Shown in pieces: positions 15,226 to 23,000 of a stretch of DNA of 30,720 nucleotides. A program made the translations under genes and the position numbers. The stretch comes from Thermodesulfovibrionales bacterium. GTDB taxonomy: Bacteria > Nitrospirota > Thermodesulfovibrionia > Thermodesulfovibrionales > UBA6898. Numbering within the stretch: position 1 is the stretch's first letter; the number at the start of each line of letters is the position of its first letter. Location of the stretch: assembly GCA_044450345.1 (NCBI GenBank), contig JBIOIY010000038.1, forward strand, positions 1-30,720, in the 5' to 3' direction. Below the pieces are notes generated by a model, which was not told where the DNA came from, did no database searches, and saw only the letters and a program-made list of their open reading frames with translations.

Positions 15226-15899
15226 TTTACCTCTGCCTCGGATCTCCTGACGTAATAAGGCGCCTGTGCGGCAGTGTCGGCATAATCCCCTTTCTCTGCC
15301 TTCTCAAGCCCGAGCATCGCCACATTTGCAGGAGAAGGCACCATCGTCTGGGGAGGGGCTATCAACGCCCTTTCTTTCATGATATCCGCTATCTTGCTTC
15401 CGTAGAGCGTTACGCCTTCACCCGCAAACAAGACCTCTCCTTCAAGTGCCCTCAGCAGGTCCTCCGGTTTTATCGACGTCTCCGGGACCACGCGGCGAAA
15501 GCCGCCCTCTTCCCACTGGAAGACGGCCGCATAGACCTCACTTCTTCTTGCATCGAGCATGAGGCAGACAGGATAGAAACTATAAGGGAAATTCCAGGCG
15601 AACGCCTCGAGTGTCGGCACGGTAACGATCCTTTTTCCGGTGGCATAGGAAAGCCCCTTTGCGGTGCTCAGCCCTATCCTGAGTCCGGTAAAAGAGCCCG
15701 GTCCTATCGCAACTGCAAATGCATCGATATCGCCGAGGGCAAGTTCGGACTGTTTCAGCACGTTGTCGATGACCGTCATCAGCCTCTCGGAATGGGTGGT
15801 CTTGACGTTCAGCCTTGTCTCGGCGATAAGGCCCTTCTGCCGGTCTACCACCGCCACCCCGCCGAGCATCGTCGATGTCTCTATTGCCAGCACCTTCAT
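15207..15899 (-). CDS. tsaB: tRNA t6A biosynthesis protein TsaB
   Basis: 'LAIETST', 'HSERL', 'GPGSFTGLRIG' and 'DARRSEVY'. Confidence 0.96.
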   Translation of the reverse strand: MKVLAIETSTMLGGVAVVDRQKGLIAETRLNVKTTHSERLMTVIDNVLKQSELALGDIDAFAVAIGPGSFTGLRIGLSTAKGLSYATGKRIVTVPTLEAFAWNFPYSFYPVCLMLDARRSEVYAAVFQWEEGGFRRVVPETSIKPEDLLRALEGEVLFAGEGVTLYGSKIADIMKERALIAPPQTMVPSPANVAMLGLEKAEKGDYADTAAQAPYYVRRSEAEVKWSEKA

Positions 15900-15929
15900 A
15901 GTCCTCTATTATAGCCGAACCGATGGGCG

Positions 15930-17156
15930 TCAGGCTCCTTTTCCCCCCTGGGGATTCCCTGTCCCCATGTGTCCTATTGCAAATACCGCCGAGGCCAGGA
16001 TGCATATCAGGCCTCCGGCAGTAACGGCATCGGCAGTGCCGAACATATCTGCGGCAACGCCCATTATTGAATTTCCGACGGGCACAAACCCGAGGAAGAC
16101 AAACGAATACACGCTCATCACCCTCCCGCGCAGTTCATCCGGCACAGAGACCTGGATAAAACTGTTTGCCGCGGCCAGATAACTGACCATTCCCCAGCCG
16201 CCGACCATTATCACAACTATGGATATCCAAAAGGTGCGCGAAAGAGAAAACACGAAGAGAGCTGCGGAGAAGGAGAGTGCGGCGATCGACATAAACCTTG
16301 ACTTGTTTTCAATGTTCCCCATGACGGCGATGCCCAGTGCGGCAATAAGGGCCCCTATCCCCGAGGCGCCGACGAGGAAGCCGAGCCCCTTTGCCCCCTG
16401 ATGAAAAACCTCTGCAGCGAACACCGGCAACAGGTTGATATAGGGAAGTCCTACGATGCTGAAGATGGCGATAAGGACCATAGCGCGCCTTATCTCACTC
16501 TTGCCCCTTATAAACCTTATCCCCTTCATAAAATCGCTGATGACCCCCTCGGACTTCGCGAGTATCTCTCCCCGCGCGTCCATTTTCGAGAGTGCGAAGA
16601 TCACCGCAAGGAAGCTGGCGGCGTTGATGAAAAAGCAGGCAGGCAGGCCGAGGTATTCAATCGAGAGGCCTGCGATCATCGGCCCTATGATACGTGCCCC
16701 GTTGAAGGCGGCGGAATTCAGCCCTATCGCGTTTACGACATGACCTCGTCCGACCATCTCGATCAGGAAGGATTGTCTCGTCGGCACATCGACCGCGTTG
16801 ATCGTACCGAGGAATGCTGCCAGAACGGCGACCTCCCACACCTTTATGACCCCCATGCTCGTGAGTATTCCGAGGACAAGGGCAGGGACCATCGAGAGCG
16901 CCTGAGTGGCCAGGAGGATGTTGCGTTTGGGAAACCTGTCGGCGATCATGCCGCCGATGAGCGTAAAGAAAAGAATGGGAAGCGCCGCCGCGGCAGCTAC
17001 TATCCCCAGATAGAGAGGAGACTTCGTCAGGCTGTAGACAAGCCATCCCTGGGCAACGGACTGCATCCAGGTCCCGGAGAGTGAGATGACCTGGCCGAAC
17101 CAAAAGAGCCTGAAGTCCCTGTAGCTTAATGCTGAAAACTTTCCCACATTCGGCAT
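15930..17156 (-). CDS. MFS transporter
   Basis: 'ALSYRDFRLFWFGQVISLSGTWMQ' and 'VPDELRGRVMS'; start reassigned to ATG 17156. Confidence 0.93.
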   Translation of the reverse strand: MPNVGKFSALSYRDFRLFWFGQVISLSGTWMQSVAQGWLVYSLTKSPLYLGIVAAAAALPILFFTLIGGMIADRFPKRNILLATQALSMVPALVLGILTSMGVIKVWEVAVLAAFLGTINAVDVPTRQSFLIEMVGRGHVVNAIGLNSAAFNGARIIGPMIAGLSIEYLGLPACFFINAASFLAVIFALSKMDARGEILAKSEGVISDFMKGIRFIRGKSEIRRAMVLIAIFSIVGLPYINLLPVFAAEVFHQGAKGLGFLVGASGIGALIAALGIAVMGNIENKSRFMSIAALSFSAALFVFSLSRTFWISIVVIMVGGWGMVSYLAAANSFIQVSVPDELRGRVMSVYSFVFLGFVPVGNSIMGVAADMFGTADAVTAGGLICILASAVFAIGHMGTGNPQGGKGA

Positions 17157-17429
17157 GATACTATTGTAACCTAAAAAAAGACGCAAGCCCCTCATCTGCA
17201 AGCCGGCATAATGAAGAGGACCGAGGGAGCCCTTTTCGAAGGCAGACCCGGCGCAGGTAGTCATCACCACGCCGGTATAATTCTTCGTCCTATTCTTTCT
17301 CTTTGAAAAAAAAGGGACGAGACCTTTATAATGAAACGCGGATGCCGCAGTGCAAATACGCATAGGGCAGCCCGCCTTCACTCGGAATACTGCAAAGGCT
17401 GCACAAAAAGTTAGCTCTAAGGAGATGAA

Positions 17430-17837
17430 ATGACGGATGCGATAAAACCCTCTCTAAACTTTACCATCATCTGCGACGACATGAGACAGGAGGTGGGCGG
17501 AAAGTTAAGCCTGATGGGACTTTTCGAGAACATATACGCGCCAAAATTTCCCGCAGTCCATCCGAGGATCGCCATTCTTACTGAATGGTCGGGCGGCCAG
17601 GGGGAGTTCGGGATAAAAATGCGCATTCTCGCCCCCGATGGAAAGACCGTGATCAGGGAAACGAATTCCAAAATGACCCTCAACGGCGTGAATTACAAAC
17701 ACCGGGATGTCTCCCTTCACCTAAACGTGGAGTTCAAGACACCCGGTACCTACTGGGTCGAGAATTATCTCGATGAAGAACTGATAAACTCCATTCCCCT
17801 GAACGTCGTACAGGTCAAGGAGCAGCCGGTCCATTGA
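17430..17837 (+). CDS. Hypothetical beta-sandwich protein (DUF6941-like)
   Basis: 'ICDDMRQEVGGKLSLMGLF...F..PGTY'; AAGGAG RBS. Confidence 0.75.
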   Translation: MTDAIKPSLNFTIICDDMRQEVGGKLSLMGLFENIYAPKFPAVHPRIAILTEWSGGQGEFGIKMRILAPDGKTVIRETNSKMTLNGVNYKHRDVSLHLNVEFKTPGTYWVENYLDEELINSIPLNVVQVKEQPVH

Positions 17838-18205
17838 TGAATATCTTTTGGAGGATTGCGGAACAGAGGATCAGGGAGGCGATCGAAAACGGAGAGTTCA
17901 CACGCCTTGAAAAAATGGGCAGGCCGATCGATTTAGAGGACGAGACCTGGGTCCCCGAGGACCTGAGACCGGCATACAGGGTGCTGAAAAACTCGGGATG
18001 CATACCCCCGGAACTCGAATTGAGAAAAGAGATCCTGAGCCTTCGGGATCTTATCGGCACAATCGACGACGATGCAGAGAGGCTGCGGAAGATCAGGGAG
18101 CTGAATTTCAAGATGATGAAACTCGGAGAGATGCGCGGGAAGTCCCTCAACCTCGACCAATTCCCCGAATACGAAATGAAGATATACGAGAAGCTTGCAG
18201 AGTAA
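17834..18205 (+). CDS. DUF1992 / DnaJ-28-like domain protein
   Basis: 'IAEQRIREAIENGEF..L...GRP' and 'YRVLKNSGCIPPE'. Confidence 0.88.
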   Translation: MMNIFWRIAEQRIREAIENGEFTRLEKMGRPIDLEDETWVPEDLRPAYRVLKNSGCIPPELELRKEILSLRDLIGTIDDDAERLRKIRELNFKMMKLGEMRGKSLNLDQFPEYEMKIYEKLAE

Positions 18206-18253
18206 TGCGCGACTTCTGAATTGACCTATACCTTCATGCAGAATACAATAACC

Positions 18254-18340
18254 TGTCATTCCCGCTCGTCGGGAATCCTTCTTGTGCTTCTCAGCAAAAG
18301 CTGCTGGCTGAAGAATGATCCCGTACAAGCCGGGATGACA
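18254..18340. repeat. REP-like inverted doublet (GTCATTCCCG...GGGAATCC type)
   Basis: TGTCATTCCCGctcgtCGGGAATCC ... GATCCCGtacaagcCGGGATGACA. Confidence 0.75.
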
Positions 18341-18432
18341 AACCATGCATATGCAATAGGGTAGTTTTTCTCGCTACGGTCCGTCCCAAAAGTTGTCAAT
18401 GCCGAACCGCTTGAATTATAATTAGAGTCCGC

Positions 18433-18522
18433 GGAGAGGTGCCAGAGCGGTTGAATGGGACGGTCTCGAAAATCGTTGTGGGGGCAACTCCACCCAGGGT
18501 TCGAATCCCTGCCTCTCCGCCA
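18433..18522 (+). tRNA. tRNA-Ser(CGA)
   Basis: GGAGAGG/CCTCTCC acceptor stem, anticodon loop CT-CGA-AA, long variable arm, TTCGAATCC, encoded CCA. Confidence 0.97.
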
Positions 18523-18611
18523 GTATTCTGCCGAGTCCCGAAAACATACTGAAGCCGTTCTAATGCACCCCCGCGCAAAGTTGATGGCGGATCCCTGGCG
18601 GCGACAGATGA

Positions 18612-18640
18612 TTGACAATGCGATAGTGTTGCATTAAGAT
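18612..18640 (+). promoter_or_regulatory. znu promoter with palindromic Zur/Fur-type operator
   Basis: TTGACA-17-TAAGAT; the palindrome AATGCGA-tagtg-TTGCATT (18617-18635) fills the spacer. Confidence 0.8.
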
Positions 18641-18659
18641 AGCCCACAAGGTGAATAGT

Positions 18660-19412
18660 ATGGCTTCTATTTTGTCCGTAAGAAATATGTATTGCGGCTA
18701 TGGATCGGTCGAGGTGCTCTCCGATGTCTCATTTGACATTGAAAAAGGCGACTATATAGGCCTGGCCGGACCTAACGGAGCGGGAAAAACAACACTTGTC
18801 AAAACTGTCCTGGGACTCTCAGAGAAATTCAAAGGCATTATTAAACTGTTCGGTCAGGACCTGAAATCTTTCAACGGTTGGGGCCGCGTAGGTTATCTTT
18901 CCCAGAGGGTAACCGCTTTCAATCCGTTATTTCCCGCCGCGGTCAAAGAAGTGGTCGGGTTGGGGTTGCTGTCCCAAAAGGGATTTCCGAAAAGATTTAA
19001 CCAGGCGGACGATGCCAAAATCAAGCAGTCGCTCGACTTGATGGGTATCTCCGACCTCGACAGGAAACCGGTCAGTGACCTTTCCGGCGGCCAGCAGCAG
19101 AGAGTTTTTCTGGCCCGGGCACTCGTATCCAATCCTGAACTCCTCATCCTGGACGAGCCCGGCACCGCTCTGGATCCGCAATCACGGGAGGACTTCTTTG
19201 AATTTATAAAAAAACTGAACCGCGACAAAGGGATTACGATTATACTTATCACCCATGACACCGCCCAAATCGGCCAATATGCAAACAAGCTCTTATACAT
19301 GGATAAGAAAGTCGTCTTCTACGGAAGCTTTTCCGACTTCTGCAGGTCAGTTGAAATGCACCAATACTTCGGTCATTTTTCCCAGCATCTGATTTGCCAT
19401 CAGCACGAGTAA
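18660..19412 (+). CDS. znuC: Zn/Mn ABC transporter ATPase
   Basis: Walker A 'GPNGAGKTT', 'LSGGQQQR', 'LDEP' and His-containing C-terminus; GTG 18651 is an alternative start. Confidence 0.9.
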   Translation: MASILSVRNMYCGYGSVEVLSDVSFDIEKGDYIGLAGPNGAGKTTLVKTVLGLSEKFKGIIKLFGQDLKSFNGWGRVGYLSQRVTAFNPLFPAAVKEVVGLGLLSQKGFPKRFNQADDAKIKQSLDLMGISDLDRKPVSDLSGGQQQRVFLARALVSNPELLILDEPGTALDPQSREDFFEFIKKLNRDKGITIILITHDTAQIGQYANKLLYMDKKVVFYGSFSDFCRSVEMHQYFGHFSQHLICHQHE

Positions 19413-19413
19413 T

Positions 19414-20235
19414 ATGAGCTTGCTTCACTATCTTGAGTACACTTTTATCCAGAGGGCATATATCGCCGGATCGTTTATCGCCGTGCTCTGTGCCATTCTT
19501 GGACTTTTTTTGGTCCTGAGAAAATTGTCTTTGATCGGAGACGGCCTTGCGCATGTCAGTTTCGGGGCCATTGCTTTCGGACTATTTTTTGGTTTTTATC
19601 CTTTCTATGCTGCAATCCCGTTGGTTCTGGTCGCGTCTTATTTCATCTTGAAACTGACCGAAAAGGCAAAAGTGTACGGCGATGCGGCCATCGGCATCGT
19701 TTCATCTCTCAGCATTGCCGGCGGCGTGATCCTGGCAAGCCTGTCAAGAGGGTTCAATGTCGACCTGTTCAGTTATTTGTTCGGCAATATCCTGGCTATA
19801 AGCGAAAAGGAGGTGTACTTATCACTCGGCTTGTCTCTGGCCGTTTTGCTGGTCATCATCCTGCTTTATAACGATCTATTCTCAGCCACATTTGACGAAG
19901 AATACGCCAAGGTGACGGGCATTAAAACCGAACGTATACATCTCATACTGACCTCCCTTACCGCTATTACGGTTGTGCTGGCGGTTAAGGTGGTGGGCAT
20001 TATGCTTGTGTCGGCCCTTCTGATATTACCGGCAGTTACCGCTCTTCAGATTGCAAAAGGTTTTAAGGCTGCGATGCTGATCGCAATTTCGGTTGCGGTT
20101 ATCTCCGTTTTGGCCGGGATCACCATTTCCTTTTTTTTGGATTTGCCGGCCGGCGCAACCATAGTCATGTTCAATGTCATGATATTCACCATCACTCTGG
20201 CTTTTAGAAAATATTTTTCATCGTTTGCAGGGTAG
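19414..20235 (+). CDS. znuB: Zn/Mn ABC transporter permease
   Basis: 'SLIGDGLAHVSFG', 'DLFSYLFGNIL' and 'VVGIMLVSALLILP'. Confidence 0.92.
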   Translation: MSLLHYLEYTFIQRAYIAGSFIAVLCAILGLFLVLRKLSLIGDGLAHVSFGAIAFGLFFGFYPFYAAIPLVLVASYFILKLTEKAKVYGDAAIGIVSSLSIAGGVILASLSRGFNVDLFSYLFGNILAISEKEVYLSLGLSLAVLLVIILLYNDLFSATFDEEYAKVTGIKTERIHLILTSLTAITVVLAVKVVGIMLVSALLILPAVTALQIAKGFKAAMLIAISVAVISVLAGITISFFLDLPAGATIVMFNVMIFTITLAFRKYFSSFAG

Positions 20236-20290
20236 GACAGTGATACTCCTGCCATCCGGCAAGCTATACATTTTCGCAAAAGGAGCAGCT

Positions 20291-21238
20291 GTGAAAACGA
20301 AATTAACTCTGAGGGTCCTTTTTGTCCTCATCTGTTTATTTACTGTCATCGTTGCATTCAATTCCTGCAGACCTGCCGACAAATCGACCGGTGACGGCCA
20401 TCATAAACTCAGAGTGATCACAACGCTTTTCCCCCTGTACGATATGGCCAAACATATCGGGGCAGAGAAAGCGGAGGTGTCTTTGCTCTTGCCGCCTGGT
20501 GTGGAGGCCCATTCGTTTGAGCCCAGGCCCGGCGATATTGTCAAAATCAACGAGGCCGATATTCTTATCTATACAGGAAAATTCATGGAGCCGTGGGCCG
20601 AAGGTGTCATAAAAGGGGCTGCCGACAAAAATCTTATGGTGGTGGACGCCAGCCTTGGGACAAAAATGGTTCCCGGAGTGTTTCATGACAAAGACGAGCC
20701 CGCGGGATCCCTCGATCCACATATATGGCTGGACTTTGACAACGCCAAAATTATGCTTGAAAATATCTTGCACGCGTTCCAGACAAAGGACAGCGCCGGC
20801 AGGGGTTTTTATGAGCGGAGGGCCGCCGATTACCGCATCAAATTGGCTGAACTGGATTCTGCATATAAGTCTGCCCTGACGTCCTGCAAAAAGAAAGAGA
20901 TCGTCTATGCCGGGCACTATGCATTCGGCTATTTGGCAAATCGATACGGTCTCAAATATCTCGCAGCCCAGGGCGTATCGCCCGATGCCGAGCCCACAGC
21001 GAAAGACTTGGGCAGACTGGTAGAACAGATCAAAAGGGACAGGATCAAATATATCTATTACGAGGAGTTGGCAAGTCCGAAGATCGCTGAAACCATCGCA
21101 GATGAAACCGGTGCTAAGATGCTGATGCTAAACGCCGCCCATAATTTGGCCAGGGACCAGTTTGAAAAGGGCATATCCTTCTTTGATATTCTCAGGAACG
21201 ACCTTGATAACCTAAAGATCGGGCTCGAATGCCGCTAA
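20291..21238 (+). CDS. znuA: Zn/Mn ABC transporter substrate-binding lipoprotein
   Basis: 'EAHSFEP', 'DPHIWLD' and 'HYAFGYL'; AGGAG RBS before GTG 20291. Confidence 0.9.
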   Translation: MKTKLTLRVLFVLICLFTVIVAFNSCRPADKSTGDGHHKLRVITTLFPLYDMAKHIGAEKAEVSLLLPPGVEAHSFEPRPGDIVKINEADILIYTGKFMEPWAEGVIKGAADKNLMVVDASLGTKMVPGVFHDKDEPAGSLDPHIWLDFDNAKIMLENILHAFQTKDSAGRGFYERRAADYRIKLAELDSAYKSALTSCKKKEIVYAGHYAFGYLANRYGLKYLAAQGVSPDAEPTAKDLGRLVEQIKRDRIKYIYYEELASPKIAETIADETGAKMLMLNAAHNLARDQFEKGISFFDILRNDLDNLKIGLECR

Positions 21239-22179
21239 GCTGAAGTAGTATCCTGCTGAGTGATTTCGGATCCCCTTTCCGACCGGTGAATTTTTTCCCT
21301 GATATAGCCGTGCTTTTGCGCGGCATAGTCCAGGTGCAACGTCGCGAGGTCCTCGGCCGGCAAGAGCTCTGGCGGCGCAGGGGCGAAGGTCGTTATGATT
21401 TTTAAATAGCCTTTGCACTTTTCGCATGCCTCCACACGGTTCTTTTCACGCGGGTCTTGGGTATACAGGATGCCGAGCGTCCGGTGATCTTCGTTTCCGC
21501 AGTACAGGCATTGAAGACGGTTGAACTGCCAATCTGCGCCGCACCGGCCGCACCTCAGATGTTTCACCAGGTTGTTGTCCCGCAGCTCTCCGAAAATCGG
21601 CGTCGCGCCGCACACAAAACATTCTCCCCTCTGCCAGTGGATCCCTTCCGACAAAGGTGTCAATTGCCTGCGCCATGCATAAAACGATGGTTTAAGCGCG
21701 TTCTCCGCAATGGTCCGGAGGAGGCCGGAATCGAGGCCTTGATGCCGCGCCGAGGGTCCGTCTCTCTCATCTGAGGGAATATGAGAAAGAAGGCTGCCAA
21801 CGTCCAATCTGTCTTCCTCGATCGCCATCCTGATTTGCCGGGCATTACTGTTATTCCCGCAATTCTCCAGTGAGCCGGCGAGCCGGAGCATCAATGCCCG
21901 TGTCCCCTTTAGATCGACTTCGAGGTCAAGACCGTGGAGCAGGGGGAACCCCTCCTCCATTTTCCTGCGGGCCTGCTCAGGCGTCATACTGATCCGGGCA
22001 GTATGGAGATCCGCCTGACGGAGCAGAGTCAAAATGGCTTCATACGCATCAGCCGCCTCCCGCAGATCCGGCAGTTCACGTCCGACCTCACGCAGACGAT
22101 CCACACCCGGGTCTGAGGAACCGACGGAGCTACCCGCCATCACACACCGCGAATCTTCCCCGCTGGTTTCATTGCGCAA
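21235..22179 (-). CDS. fdhE: Formate dehydrogenase accessory protein FdhE
   Basis: Four CxxC pairs (CFVC, CGRC, CLYC, CEKC) and 'EDLATLHLD'; start may be 22140. Confidence 0.92.
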   Translation of the reverse strand: MRNETSGEDSRCVMAGSSVGSSDPGVDRLREVGRELPDLREAADAYEAILTLLRQADLHTARISMTPEQARRKMEEGFPLLHGLDLEVDLKGTRALMLRLAGSLENCGNNSNARQIRMAIEEDRLDVGSLLSHIPSDERDGPSARHQGLDSGLLRTIAENALKPSFYAWRRQLTPLSEGIHWQRGECFVCGATPIFGELRDNNLVKHLRCGRCGADWQFNRLQCLYCGNEDHRTLGILYTQDPREKNRVEACEKCKGYLKIITTFAPAPPELLPAEDLATLHLDYAAQKHGYIREKIHRSERGSEITQQDTTSA

Positions 22180-22999
22180 TGTCGGTCCGTTCCCCGTCCG
22201 ATGTTTCCCGGCTTCCTCTTTCCCTTACACTGACGAGGGCGGCTAGCCCGGCCAGTAACGTAGTAAATCTCGTGCCCATAGAGGAAATCGCCTTTCGCTG
22301 CGGGACCACCGGATTTTCGGGCAGTCCATACACCTCGGGTTTGTCCATCAGCAGATAAAATACCTTGAGCCCGCCGGCCTGGCTATAGCCGTAGATATTC
22401 GCCTTTGTCTGGCCCCGCTTCCTCAGCTGCGCGAGGCGCGAGTCCGCCTTTGCCTTAAGATCCGGAATATCTCCAAACATGATCGACCCCGTGGGGCATG
22501 CCTTGGCGCATGCGGTCCCGAGGCCGTTATGGATGCGGTCATTGCAGAGCGTGCACTTGTGCGAAGTCCGCGTCTTCTCGCTGAACTTGATCACCCCATA
22601 GGGACAGGCCTTGTTACAGAGCTTGGTGCCAACGCACTTGTCCTGACGGACGATCACATTTCCGAGGTCGGTATGCTCGATGGCGCTTACCGGGCAGACG
22701 TTGAGGCAGGCTGCATCGGTGCAATGTTTACACGAGTCGCTCATAAAAAGCCAACGCGATCCAACGCGGCGGTAATTGACCTGCTCGATGAAGAGCACGT
22801 GTCTCCAGTCCACTGCACTCAGTTTGCCGGTGTTGTCGTATGAGTTGCCGGTAAAATTGAAGGCCACGGGATAGGGCACTCCCGGCACCTTTCTGAAGTG
22901 TTCCGGTTCGGGACCCAGCCCGTTCCATTCCTTGCACGCAACCTGGCATGCCTTGCAGCCGGTGCATATCGATGAGTCTACGAACATTCCCTTTGCCAT
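22169..22999 (-). CDS. fdnH: Formate dehydrogenase iron-sulfur (beta) subunit
   Basis: 'CTGCKACQVACKEWN', 'CKHC...CLNVCP' and 'KCTLC..R'; short hydrophobic C-tail; GAGG RBS before ATG 22999. Confidence 0.93.
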   Translation of the reverse strand: MAKGMFVDSSICTGCKACQVACKEWNGLGPEPEHFRKVPGVPYPVAFNFTGNSYDNTGKLSAVDWRHVLFIEQVNYRRVGSRWLFMSDSCKHCTDAACLNVCPVSAIEHTDLGNVIVRQDKCVGTKLCNKACPYGVIKFSEKTRTSHKCTLCNDRIHNGLGTACAKACPTGSIMFGDIPDLKAKADSRLAQLRKRGQTKANIYGYSQAGGLKVFYLLMDKPEVYGLPENPVVPQRKAISSMGTRFTTLLAGLAALVSVRERGSRETSDGERTDIAQ

Positions 23000-23000
23000 G

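Noticed and set aside
17240..17330. Fluoride, guanidine-II or c-di-GMP riboswitch
   Set aside because: Only fragments match (GTGATGACT, GGGACGA); the required partner motifs are absent.
17157..17381. 75-aa N-terminal extension of the MFS transporter
   Set aside because: Family similarity begins at MPNVGKFSAL (17156); the extension covers structured intergenic DNA.
18433..18522. tRNA-Sec (selC), given the nearby Sec-FDH
   Set aside because: The anticodon is CGA, not TCA, and the acceptor stem is a normal 7 bp.
18256..18647. ORFs overlapping tRNA-Ser
   Set aside because: They are spurious translations of the tRNA and a REP element.
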